DNA of 62,367 bases, the filler included. It is 14 parts of 14 records of this genome, joined end to end, with 100 filler letters (N's around TTAATTAATTAA, not from the genome) between each part and the next. Parts side by side here need not be neighbours in the genome. Positions count along the whole stretch, not along the records: positions 29,757 to 33,818 come from SRR9188676_2417; positions 33,919 to 36,653 come from SRR9188676_2432; positions 36,754 to 40,454 come from SRR9188676_2441; positions 40,555 to 42,956 come from SRR9188676_2444; 10 more parts are not named here. One strand, written 5' to 3'. The position numbers and the translations under genes were made by a program. The notes beneath the pieces are model-generated. The model ran no database searches. It was not told the DNA's origin and worked only from the letters and a program-made list of their open reading frames with translations. Below, piece after piece: positions 31,614-43,056 of this stretch (positions are counted from its first letter, which is position 1; each line of letters opens with the position of its first letter).

Positions 31614-33818
31614 ATGATGCATTCTTTTTTGCTTTTGACTCACTTTTTCGTTCTGTCCTCGGCATCCTTTCCTGTGCCGCTGACACAAACGAATCAGAGC
31701 GCGCTTACAGAGAGTGTTAGCGCTAAAAGTGAATTACAGAGCTTGAAAGCGCCATCTGTAAACTCTTATGGTGATGAAATCCATCAGATCCTGCTCCCTC
31801 TAACGAATCCACGCCATCCTGCGTCATTTCATTGTGGTAGGTCCATCTGAGTATTATTCTCAGGTCAGATACCTAAATTTACGGATCCTCTGTTTTTGGC
31901 TCCAGCTGAACTAGATTCTGGATTCGTCTTGCTCCCATTTATGGAGCCTCTGAATACGCTAGCAATCAGTTTTCTCATTTCTTGCCTTGGTAAGGGACGT
32001 TTCTTCTATCTTACATTTTAATGTATGATATCTTCGTTAAATACATGGATATGTTGGGGAGGGGAAGGTGTTCGACCAGGTTTCATGAGCCTAATCAGTG
32101 TGCAGATCTAACTCATCATCTTCTCATTCCTCTTCTCATTCAATCTTCATTTCTCTCCTGAAGACCCCGGAATGGATATTTCGGTCACCACATCAACCTG
32201 TAATGAGATGGATTACACGATCACAGCTATTGATGCACCACTCGCATCTGCTTCCACCGGGATCGGCACAGCGTCATTTTTTCAAATGGCAATCCATTTC
32301 CCCAGCTGGGCGAGCCTCGAGTCCTGTATGACTGTGGCGATGAATGCAGATAACGACCTGCAAATAATGGGTGATGTCTTGATCAACCTGGTCAGCGAGT
32401 TTTCGGATGCGAGGCTGGCGCAGTACTGGATTCCTGTACGGGTTGACTTGAAACACGGTAAGCTGCTTTCGTTGATCTCCGATCTCCTACTCACTGACAA
32501 AGTTGTAAGCTTTTCTGTTTTCATGGAGCTGAAGTCAGCCTTTATGATTTCATCTTCGATCTTTAACCTTATTCCAGACTCATCGCGATTTCACAAACTC
32601 GAACTCAAACTCTCGAACTCTCCTTGTTCATGCATTTCTACAACCACATTTCTCCTCTTCCATCTCAGGGGCACCATGGATTCGTTCTACGGCCATAGTG
32701 AAAGACCCCTACAATATTCGGTTTCAATCACAGGCATGGCTGTCAAAATATGTGCAGCCGAGATCAATGTCATCAGCCTCATTAACATCGCCATCTTCTT
32801 CTGTGGAAGCACCTGTAGCAGCCACTGTGGAAGCATCTTCATCATCACCATCAGGAGCAGCACCAGCCTCCTCCTCCTCATCATCACGATCATCACCACC
32901 ACCGGCCCCACCAATATTCTCATCATCATCTGCAGTAGTAGCAGGCCCATCAGTATCATCATCATCTCCATTATCTTCTCCATCAAAAACAGAAGAAGTA
33001 CATTATTCAGCCTTACCTGTACAAGTGCCGGACATTTTCCCCGATGCCCTTCGACGGCCGAGTGCCAGACTTCCCTTAGCCATTCTCGAGCTGTATGAGG
33101 ATGCCACATTCACGATTTCCTGGGGCACATCTCGGCTTGATTCCAGCACGCCTTCTGTTGTGTATGTGAAGCAAACACTCACGATATCAGGTCCGTATTC
33201 GCCAACTATAGTTATTCTTAAATTCCACCTCCGAGATAGTTGAGTTGCCTATCATTCTTGGTTGAAATTGATGATTTCCTCTTTGCCTGGTGTTCTCCTG
33301 TTGAAGCGCTCAATCGGCTTAAATCATAAACATTACCTCTTCCCTTTTTGTTGCGTGCTTACATGCAGTTGTAGCTGCAATTTATGAGCTTATTTCCTTC
33401 TATTTTTTGCAACCAAAAACCTCCACCTTGCTGCAGATGACTTGCAAGCTATGTGCCTCTCCGACACAAATATATATCTTGGTGCCACGGCTGGTTCTGG
33501 GCTGGATCCCAGTGACAAGAGTGACACGCGCTGGGGGAGTAGCGGGAAAACAATCCCACCCAGTATGCACATGTCATCGCTGCAGGACATCACACACCTT
33601 GCGCAAACCCCATCATCATTGCTCCCCGTAGCACTCTCTCAGTCTCCATCCCCAATACAGTCAGCACCATCCCCGATATCAGCTGGACCGTCCTCGGCAC
33701 GTTCTGTACCATCCCCTGTGCTGTACTTTGCGCTGAACACGTCAAGCGCGCTGGGAGTGCTGCGTGGGGCTGATCCTGAGGACCAAGGAGGAGGAGGAGA
33801 ACCGGGGGAATGTGCCAC
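31614..33818 (+). CDS. Multi-exon secreted protein with Ser/Pro-rich linkers, possibly ZP-like; boundaries approximate, truncated
   Basis: Signal-like MMHSFLLLTHFFVLSSA; exon-like blocks near 32163-32457 and 32669-33191 with GT/AG borders; LAILELYEDATF and STLLQMTCKLC weakly resemble ZP-C motifs. Confidence 0.4.
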
Positions 33819-34445
33819 NNNNNNNNNNNNNNNNNNNNNNNNNNNNNNNNNNNNNNNNNNNNTTAATTAATTAANNNNNNNNNNNNNNNNNNNNNNNNNN
33901 NNNNNNNNNNNNNNNNNNGTAATTATGAGCTTATTTTACTTTATTTATATGTGTGTGTGTGTGTGGTTCAGGACTGGTCCTTGGTGCGCACTGCGTCCCC
34001 CTGTGGCAAGCACGATGATGCATGCTCTATCGGGGAGTCTCTCGGCGGCGACAGCTCCGTGCATCTCGATGCTGACCTTGACGATGAAATCATTATGTCC
34101 TCTGGTAGGTCGCTGGGCTGAATATGGACCGAATATGGACCGAATATGAATGTACAAGAAACATTTATGGTGATAGATCAATTGTTAGCTGATTCACTTA
34201 TGAATCAAAGGTCGATTAATCTGTATTTCTTCAGTGTGTGACTTATTTGCTTGTGCTTCAATTTTGTGAGAAGTGTCTTCTTGTCCTGCTTCATCTCTCA
34301 CATTCATATTCATATTCATCTCTTACATTCATCTCTTGCATTCATCTCTCACATTCATGTCTCCCTCCGAACCTTCTCCCTCATCACCATCACACACACA
34401 CATTCTTTCTCTTATTTCCCTCCTGTTTCCTTCCTCTCTCTCCAG

Positions 34446-35785
34446 ACCAACCCCACAACTGCCTGGACCTGGATCATCTCTGGACCGACTCCTTTGCCAT
34501 GGACGAGACCAGCGTCGCTACAATGGGTATGACCATGGGCATGGGTATGGGTCAGTTACCCTCTGGCTATCTCCCCTGTGACTGCGGCGACCCGAATTGT
34601 CCCGAGGCAGCTGTCTGTGCTACCACTTCCTCCTCCTCCTCCTCCTACGCCCCCCACGACTCCTTCCAGTTCGATTCCTTCGCCAACATCGAGTCGCTGT
34701 TCAGTAACGCAACCACCACTGCCCTCACTAGCAACAACACTGCTGCTCCCTCTGCCTCGGGTATGCCTATGGGTATGTCTACCTCGCCCTATCAGAACAG
34801 CAATGCTACATCCTTGGCCCCCCCTGCCCTGTCCAGGCCTGCCATGTCCTCTGCGAGCTCCTCTTGCTCCAGCGGCCTTCCGTCCCCCTGCCTATCGACC
34901 TCCTCCTCCTCCACCTCAGGCTGCCCTGACCGCGGGCGTGAGTGGGAGTATGATTCCGGCTATGACTATGGCTACTCTAGCACCTACTCTGATGCCCCTA
35001 TCAGCACCCATTTGCACCCCAGTAGCGATCTCAATATGATGATGATGGGTGCCCCCAATTCTCATGCCAATGTCAACAACAATGCCGGTGTTTTCTCTGC
35101 TGTTACCATCGCTCAATCTCAGCCTCAAAGCCCACCCCGTGCTGCCCCATTGTCCACACCCTCACCGCTATCCTCCACCCCATCTTCTTTTGTACCCCCT
35201 GCTTCCCGCAGTCAAATGCAAAAAATGATGCTGATGCGGTCCGAGGCGGCTGCCAATGCCATCCTCACTACTAGCCATCCCCAGCCCCTTTCCCAGCCCC
35301 AACCACACTTCCAGAATCAAGGCAGCAACATGTCACAGTATGGCCTCGGTCTCACCCAATTCTCACCCTCGCCCCAAAGCCAATACCCATCCCAGCAGGT
35401 CCAAATGCAAATGTACCAGTACAATATGAATAACCACAACCAAAGCCAAATCCTAAGCCAGAATCAGAATTACTTCAGCTCTGCTCAAACATGCCCCTCT
35501 CCTTTCTCGCAAGGTCAAATGCAAGCAACTACCGCACCACTACGTACCACCAAGCCTGTACAGCACCTTGCATCTCCCATGAATTCTCAGGGTGCTAGCC
35601 GGACCCAGAGCCAGGGTCTGAACCAGGGCCAGAGGTACACCCAAAATCAAGTCCAAGGTCACAACGGTCAAGGCAAACCCCATAACCACTTCAACTATGG
35701 CATGATGAGCAACATGATGCAAGACGGAAACACTGAGCTGTCCCTGTTCGCTTCTCTGGCTCCCTTCGATTCCACTTCCTTCTAA
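34446..35785 (+). CDS. Terminal exon of a low-complexity Ser/Pro/Gln/Met/Asn-rich protein (activation-domain or prion-like)
   Basis: Long open frame after a pyrimidine tract and CAG; Q/N-rich C-terminus; stop at 35783-35785. Confidence 0.6.
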
Positions 35786-37151
35786 GTCCGGACTCATTCA
35801 GTGAACTCGGGATACAGTATTATACACCATCATCATCGGACCTATTTTGGACTTTGTTTGGGCATCTCTTGGACCTACTTTGGACCAGCAATGAGCCAAC
35901 AATGGACCTAAAGGGGGCCATGCGATTGATTGGGACATGTGTTCTCTCTCTGAGTTCGAGGGTAGTTATCTATTATTTTTATTATTGTTTTTTATTATGT
36001 CTCTTTTAAGTTCAGTTTTTTCTATGGCTTATTTATTTACTTATTTTCACCTCTTTGTTTCATATATATTAATTATGAGTTATTATCAATCACTTTGTTC
36101 TCAAAAACGAAACATTGTTTCTTTGAAATGCCTCATTTTTCCCTGCGGTGATTCAGTGAGATGACTTATTTTTGAGAATAGAGGGTTTCCATTTTTGGAA
36201 CCCCCTTTCACTCGTCGACCCTCTGTCTTATATGGACTATTGGTCTGCTCGCTATTCTGTACATTAGCACTGTGATTCTGTGAATTGTTCCAATAGCCCA
36301 TGTTTTTCTTTGTCATCTCGTTCGTGCCTCCCCAAAAGATCGAAGTGCACATCACCCCTTTTACTTTTTTGCTGTAGTATTTTGGTACTTTCTGGTATTA
36401 TTGTTCTTCTATTTTTAGCGTCGTCCGTGAGGGAGAGCGCTCTCCCGAGGTGTTTATGGTTATGATACATGATGGTTAGTTGATCGTAATGAATTGTTGA
36501 TTGTTTGATCTTCTATGTTCTTCTTTCCGCTGCAAATAAACGACTATCACGATATCAAAGTCTTAATAAATGGTGTACTTTGTCAAGCATGAATAAATCT
36601 TCGAGGACCGCGACATTTATTATACAATCAAGTGGAACGTTAAAATAATCGAGNNNNNNNNNNNNNNNNNNNNNNNNNNNNNNNNNNNNNNNNNNNNTTA
36701 ATTAATTAANNNNNNNNNNNNNNNNNNNNNNNNNNNNNNNNNNNNNNNNNNNNCAAAAGCACAAGAAGCATGTCAAGAACTAAAGAGAAGATGGTATCAT
36801 CTGGTGAAGTGCAGAACGAGTACCAATGGAAAGATCACAGCATCGAGAAACTCGACGAGATTTGCAGTTGGTTCTTGCAAGTATATCAGTCATATACCAG
36901 ATGGTATATCCAATTTCAATGAGAGTAAGATAAAATAAAAGTTATTCCCCAGAGCCTGAACCGGAAATGGTAAGTTGGATTCTAAATCTCCCCAAATGTG
37001 CGTAGTCAGAACTATTTGTGAAATTCGATCGAAGAACTTCAAAACACACTTTATCGCATGTAAAAATGCACAGTGAGCAAACTGTATCTAATTTTTTATC
37101 GCCGAAATGAATGCATCTCGCTAAGAGATGAACTAAAAAAGAATCACATAC

Positions 37152-37388
37152 TGTCGTTCCCATGCGGATCCATTGGATTTGGTCGGATCGAACTGCATTT
37201 TTAGGCATCTTTTGTCCGGTGAACTTCTCCAGAACACGACGAATTCCCTCCCGAGGTGCATCATCATAATTGGCAGGGTCCTCCGAAAGCAACTTCAGGG
37301 TGTAAAACCCCGGCTCTCCTGGCACTTCAGCATAGATGTCCGTAAAGGTGCCGCCGCGATCGATCGAAAACCGAAACTTCCTTTCCAT
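37152..37388 (-). CDS. OPLAH: 5-oxoprolinase (ATP-hydrolysing), first exon; rest not on contig
   Basis: FRFSIDRGGTFTD, LKLLSEDPANYDDAPREGIRR and IRMGTT, followed by a GTATGT donor. Confidence 0.9.
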
Positions 37389-38197
37389 TTTGATACTTGC
37401 TGAGAACCGCGAGTTGGTTTGTTATCCGAACTTAGGTCTTCGCTAGGGGCCTAATAGGAACATTTTTCATATATACGAATTCCTACGAGGCGGGGTAAGA
37501 ATTATATACGTTAGGTGGAAAATGCTTGAGTTTTGAGTTGCAGGTTGCAGCGACCCGACCGTATCCGAATTTCTGATGTATCTCACTCTCTGTATAAGGT
37601 GCATCTTCCCATCAAATGATACTTTTTGATTTTAGCAACAAGGAAGCCCGATGGAGAACGAATCGCATGCAGGATGTCAGGATCTGTGGGGATTATCCCG
37701 AAAGGCTTTTACGAATAGGAATAAAATGAAAAAGACAAGATATATATGATTGTTAAAGAACTGTAAGTAAGTAACGAAGAAAAATATGGTTGCAAGATGA
37801 ATATGAATGTGTGGTGTGAAGTTTCAGGTGTTTCTGATGATCACGGATCGAAATGAAGCTACAGCACTGATATCATGAGTCCAAAGCCCCAAGCGTGGAC
37901 AGCAAGCAGTGAGTGAAGGGCCGTGGCTAAAGCCAAGAACTGTCCAAGAGAGAGAAAATGAGCCCGGTCGAACTTCTCAAGCCGGGCAATGACAGATGAG
38001 AAATAAAGCTGAGAGATATCGGTAAATTATGTGTAAATATAGTCCAGTTGATGGTTCGAGACGATCATAATCCTGGCTAGAATTTATGATTGACGATGTA
38101 AGGGTCAGGTCGGAGAGCTCAAGTAATGGAAGCTGGTAGAAGATTATGTCCAGATATAGTGTTTTAAAAGAAACCAGTTGATGGTTGAAGTTCCATA

Positions 38198-38492
38198 TTA
38201 CTTGATGAGAAGCAGATAGATTGCCATGAATACGCAGAGAATTGACACCGCATGATGGAGTCGTATCCCAATCACGGAAGCTGAGAAAAAGAGGGGAAAT
38301 GCGAAATATGTTAGAATCAGCATGAAATTTAAATCGCAGACTGCATCTACCTTTATAAAGGATCCCTGAAAAGCCTTTCTTTTGAGAAAAGACCCATTCA
38401 TGAAGGCGAGGGATGCGTCGAAAATAGGCACATGTGCAAATGATCAATAGAGTTGCGACAATGATGCCATCCATGCTGTAAACATTCGTCAT
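38198..38492 (-). CDS. TMEM167: Protein kish (TMEM167/Ksh1), two exons
   Basis: Spliced product [28 protein letters not shown]...[43 protein letters not shown] and ASVIGxRL are kish signatures. Confidence 0.9.
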
Positions 38493-38605
38493 TTTGGTAA
38501 TTTCGTAATAAGAATTGAAAGCCAGCAATTTTCACGCCCTTTGAGTCACAACCCTGTCGCAGCAACACAAGCCAAGGGACGTGAAAATTCATTTGGGAAA
38601 AAGAA

Positions 38606-39799
38606 ATGAAGTCGTCTGGAGGTCGAAAAAAGGCGTCGACATCTCACTCTTCCTACCTCTATATCCCTCTTGGGCTACTCTGTGTCTTTTCTACTGCATA
38701 TGTGCTTTACCAATTCATGTCCCCATCCTCTACAATAACTGATCGACATGTCAATCCGAGTGGCAAGCCATCTGTACTTGTCACTGGAGGCGCTGGCTAC
38801 ATTGGCTCACATGCCATTCTGCGACTACTTGAAGAAGGATATTCTGTTGTCGCATTGGACAATTTCTCTAGAGGGAATCGAGGGGTAATTCCTGTGCTAC
38901 GAAAGTACGGCAGCTTTGCTTTTGAGGAAGCTGATTTGGGGAATCCAAAGGACATTGACCGTGTTTTCCGCCATCATCATATTGACATTGTAATTCATTT
39001 TGCCGCGATTGCCTATGTCGGCGAGAGCGTGGCTGAACCTCTTCGCTACTATCACAACATCACGGTAAATACGCAATTCTTGCTGGAGGCCATGGATAAG
39101 CATGATGTGACATCGTTAATCTATTCCTCCACATGTGCCACGTATGGCGAGCCAGATCCCGAATATATCCCCATCAATGAACAATGTCCTCAAAAGCCTG
39201 TGAATCCGTATGGAGCAGCGAAATTGGCATCAGAGCGGATCATTAAGGACTTCACGAAATCACGCCAAATCTCTGGCAAGCCATTCTCTGCTGTGATTTT
39301 GCGCTATTTTAACGTGATTGGGTCGGATCCCGAAGGGCGTATTGGAGAATACCCTCGACCGGAATTATGGCAAAATGCGCGTCTTGTCGGAGCATGTATT
39401 GACGCTGCCTTAGGAATTCGAGATTCAGTCGCTATTTTCGGCACTGATTATCCTACACCTGATGGTACCTGTGTGCGTGACTATATTCATGTGACTGACT
39501 TGGTTGATGCTCATGTCGCTGCGATGAAGATGCTGGACTCGAATAATGTTTCGATTTTTAATGTGGGTACGGGACAAGGACTCTCTGTACGAGAGGTACT
39601 AGATGCTTGCAAAAGAGTCACACAGCGTGATTTGAACATTGTGGAGCACCCCAGAAGACCAGGTGACTATCCTACTGTGTATGCAGATCCTACTACCATT
39701 CGTCAAGAGCTGAGTTGGACTGCAAAGCACACAGATATTGAAGAGTCTATTCGTACAGCTTGGACTTGGCGGCTACAAAATCCTCATGGTTATGCTTAA
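38606..39799 (+). CDS. UDP-arabinose 4-epimerase (UDP-xylose 4-epimerase, UXE/MUR4-like), type II membrane anchored, intronless
   Basis: N-terminal TM; VTGGAGYIGSH; HFAAIAYVGES..PLRYYHNIT; YGAAK; RYFNVIGSDPEGRIGExPRPEL; DGTCVRDYIHVTDLVDAH. These motifs fit the plant UXE clade better than GalE. Confidence 0.85.
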   Translation: MKSSGGRKKASTSHSSYLYIPLGLLCVFSTAYVLYQFMSPSSTITDRHVNPSGKPSVLVTGGAGYIGSHAILRLLEEGYSVVALDNFSRGNRGVIPVLRKYGSFAFEEADLGNPKDIDRVFRHHHIDIVIHFAAIAYVGESVAEPLRYYHNITVNTQFLLEAMDKHDVTSLIYSSTCATYGEPDPEYIPINEQCPQKPVNPYGAAKLASERIIKDFTKSRQISGKPFSAVILRYFNVIGSDPEGRIGEYPRPELWQNARLVGACIDAALGIRDSVAIFGTDYPTPDGTCVRDYIHVTDLVDAHVAAMKMLDSNNVSIFNVGTGQGLSVREVLDACKRVTQRDLNIVEHPRRPGDYPTVYADPTTIRQELSWTAKHTDIEESIRTAWTWRLQNPHGYA

Positions 39800-40611
39800 T
39801 GGACATTGTTGATCATCTATGACTATCCAAACTGGGTCATATCTCCATTCACATACAGAACATATCATATCATGGTCCCTTACCATACCATACCATCTCA
39901 TACCCTCCGTTGTGAATCCATTTTTCACCATTATTTTCAGTGCCTGGCTCTACCAAGAGATATACTAACGTACCAAAAGATGGATCGTCCCGCCTCCCAT
40001 TTATCGCTGATCTCATTGCTGCAGTGGATTTTTTCGGACACTGTGTGTTGGGTACATATCGATTGTGACATTTATTGTTCTGGAAATTCCATGCATTGTG
40101 TTTTTACTCCATATCGATCGAAGCGCCCCTCATAGGAGCACTGCGAGATTATTATTATTATTGTTATATATATTTTTTTGAAATCGCTGAAATAGATAAA
40201 TATTTACCTATTTCATGAATAGAAACACCCAATTTATGTTGCTCTACTTAATTATCTTTTGATAGTTTTTGTTGAAGTGATCTCCTTTTTTTAAAGCATA
40301 ATTGCCGTTCTTTTGTTCTTTTTTGATCTTGTGTAAAGAGAGTGATTTGCGATGAATGGTGATGTGTTGATGGTCATGTACCAAAAGGCAAATTCTGTAT
40401 GGATAGCAGATAGAGCGCTACCTGAAATTTTGGTTCGGTGTTACTAAAACCTGGNNNNNNNNNNNNNNNNNNNNNNNNNNNNNNNNNNNNNNNNNNNNTT
40501 AATTAATTAANNNNNNNNNNNNNNNNNNNNNNNNNNNNNNNNNNNNNNNNNNNNACAGAAGTGAATACAAAAGCGAATGAGTATGAGTCCAAAAGAACAG
40601 TAAAAACCTTA

Positions 40612-42758
40612 CCGGGACTCGATTATGGACGAGAATTCTTCGAAGATTTTGAGACATGACAGCAGGGCGTTGGTTTGAATCAGGAAGAGGAATATCAGGA
40701 ATCTCAACACCTTTTTCGTCGATTTGGAAGCCGAAGAATGTCATACAATGGTCCTGCAATCGAGATAGCGTGGGAGTTACCCAGAGAGAGGAATAAGATA
40801 TCGCATCCCGAAAGTCAACAGACGTATCATATCGAAACGGAATACTCAGGATTATCGACAAGAGCGACCTGTGCCCTCCCCAATGCTCTAAAAATGTTCT
40901 GGTACTGATAATATATCGAAATGAACATGATTCAATACTGATAAGGAATTGCACAGCAAAAACAACAATTTGAGGTAAATAAATAGTTCAAGTCATTCCA
41001 GCAGAACATACCTGTCGGAGCACCAAATATGGTTGGCTGGAGCTTTCCCACTTTCTTCTCGGGTTCATCAGGCGAGCGATGCTGTCCTCAGAAGAATTCG
41101 CCGCTGGATTTTGTTGTTCTTCCAGCGAGGATGTGGCAAAGTCTTGGCTTGCTCGTAAGAGAAATTTCAATACAAATTCTTCAAATTCAGCTGAAAGTCT
41201 GTCAAGGCATTTGGATTGAACAAAAGCGTTGGTTTCGAGTATTGCGAGCTGAAAGCTGAAGAAGTTGATGAAGTATCGAAGAGAAGCCCATGTCACTCGA
41301 TTCTTTGGAATGCCACAGTACTTGATCACTAGTTCCATGCACTGAAGTGCTGTAGGCTGTGCGGCGTTGTTGGAGGCTCCAGTAGCAAGACGAGCAAGAT
41401 ATTTGCCCACCAAAGCAAGATTCGTTTTGAATACCGGATCATCGTCAAGATTGTCCTGAACATTGCTCTCATTCAAGTCACAAGGCTGCAAGGGCTTTGG
41501 TGCTGCTGGGATGAGTTTCAGAATTTCAGAGTTTTCAATCGCAGGTGAGGGAAAGGCGCAGTGGGGAATCTCGAAGTAAAACACATCCTCAGGCTGGCGG
41601 CATAACACTCTTCCATCATCAAGAATCACTGTCCCTCGGACCAGCAAGTCAAATAAGCAATGATCAAGATCACCAGAGAGGGTAGCACCAAGTTCAATGC
41701 GGATAGTATGATCCTGTGATCCAGTGGATCGGTGTTCGAAGAGTATTTCTGGAGTGATGTGAGTAATGAGAATGGGATTGCGGAGCAATTTCGCTGCATT
41801 TTCTCTCCTGAGCTGATTGTGTTGCATCAAGCGATCCGTTGCAAGGCGAACAGCAAGAAAAGACTTTCCAGCACCAGAGGTCTCAGAGCGAATCACACGA
41901 TCATGGCGAAAATAGTCAGAACCGGCATTGCCCTTCAGATCGAGTGAATCGAGAGCAGCATGGGAAGGCAGATGGGACAATTCAGAGATAAGGCGAGAGT
42001 TTGAGTGGCCCATGATGACGAGAGGGCAATGATGCTGGCCAGCAATGATGTCTTTGACATAGGATGAGAGAATGCATTGAGTCTCATATGACAGACGATG
42101 AGTATCAGCCAGACAGTACACAGTGGAAGATGGCTTAATGGCTCGAATCAATAGCAGCATGGCATCTTCAGCGGTGGTTCTCGAGCTACAGAGGAGAGTG
42201 TTTTGGTAGGTGATTCTTTCTTTCATCCGATCAAATAACGCGAATACCGATGCAATGGATTCACCAGATCGTGTCACATAGACAGTCGGCAGGGGGATCG
42301 ATGATCGGATCAATGTACGAGGCGGCGCAAACTGAAGTAATAAAGCATCCAGCTTCCTAGCCAGCTCGGGAAATGATTCCTGCGAAGGGGAGGGTAAACG
42401 AGATATGTTGGCCTGAATTTCCCTGACATGCTGTGCATCAATGTTGGCTAGAGAGAGCAGAGCCTTGAATTGGGACAATGGGATCGCATCGATGAGGTTG
42501 TGGATTTGAAGAATTCTGTACATATTCAGAGAATCCGATCCATGTCGAATATCCTCCAGGATGGCGTGCCATTCTTTCAGGGATTCCTCCTTCGTTGCAC
42601 GGCCTCTCTGAAAGCTTCCGATGAGCTGATTCCGGTCGATGGTCAGAGGGATGGGTAGGTAAAGGTTTCCATTCATGAACTTTGGATGCCCGGCTCGCAG
42701 TAGCTTACAGATGGACTCGGCGAGCAAGGTGCCTTCAATCACGATTGTTGTCAAATAT
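40612..42758 (-). CDS. RNF213 (mysterin)-like giant AAA+ protein, fragment around the first AAA module
   Basis: SGAGKS Walker A; LFDLLVRGTVILDDGRV...FYFEIP; TWASLRYFINFFSFQL; RRKWESSSQPYL; next exon DHCMTFFGFQI...MSQNLRRILVHNRVP. Order is colinear with RNF213 motifs as recalled. Confidence 0.75.
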
Positions 42759-43056
42759 CTGCAGGCAAAAGAAGGGCGAAGCGTAAGTAAACCTATTGAT
42801 ATGCCTCGTGTATTAAATTTCCTGGACGAGGACTCTTGATGACACTATAGATGGTTTATAATGCAGTGCTGCATCGAGGGTAAATAACTCTCCCAAAATG
42901 CGTACGATATTGGGGACAATGGCAATATCAAGACATTGGATTGGATTGGGAGACATNNNNNNNNNNNNNNNNNNNNNNNNNNNNNNNNNNNNNNNNNNNN
43001 TTAATTAATTAANNNNNNNNNNNNNNNNNNNNNNNNNNNNNNNNNNNNNNNNNNNN

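Noticed and set aside
34120-34445. Short repeats (ATATGGACCGA x2; TCATCTCTCACATTCAT variants) and the 5' extension of ORF 34238-35785
   Set aside because: Intronic low-complexity sequence; the coding exon most likely starts after the CAG near 34445.
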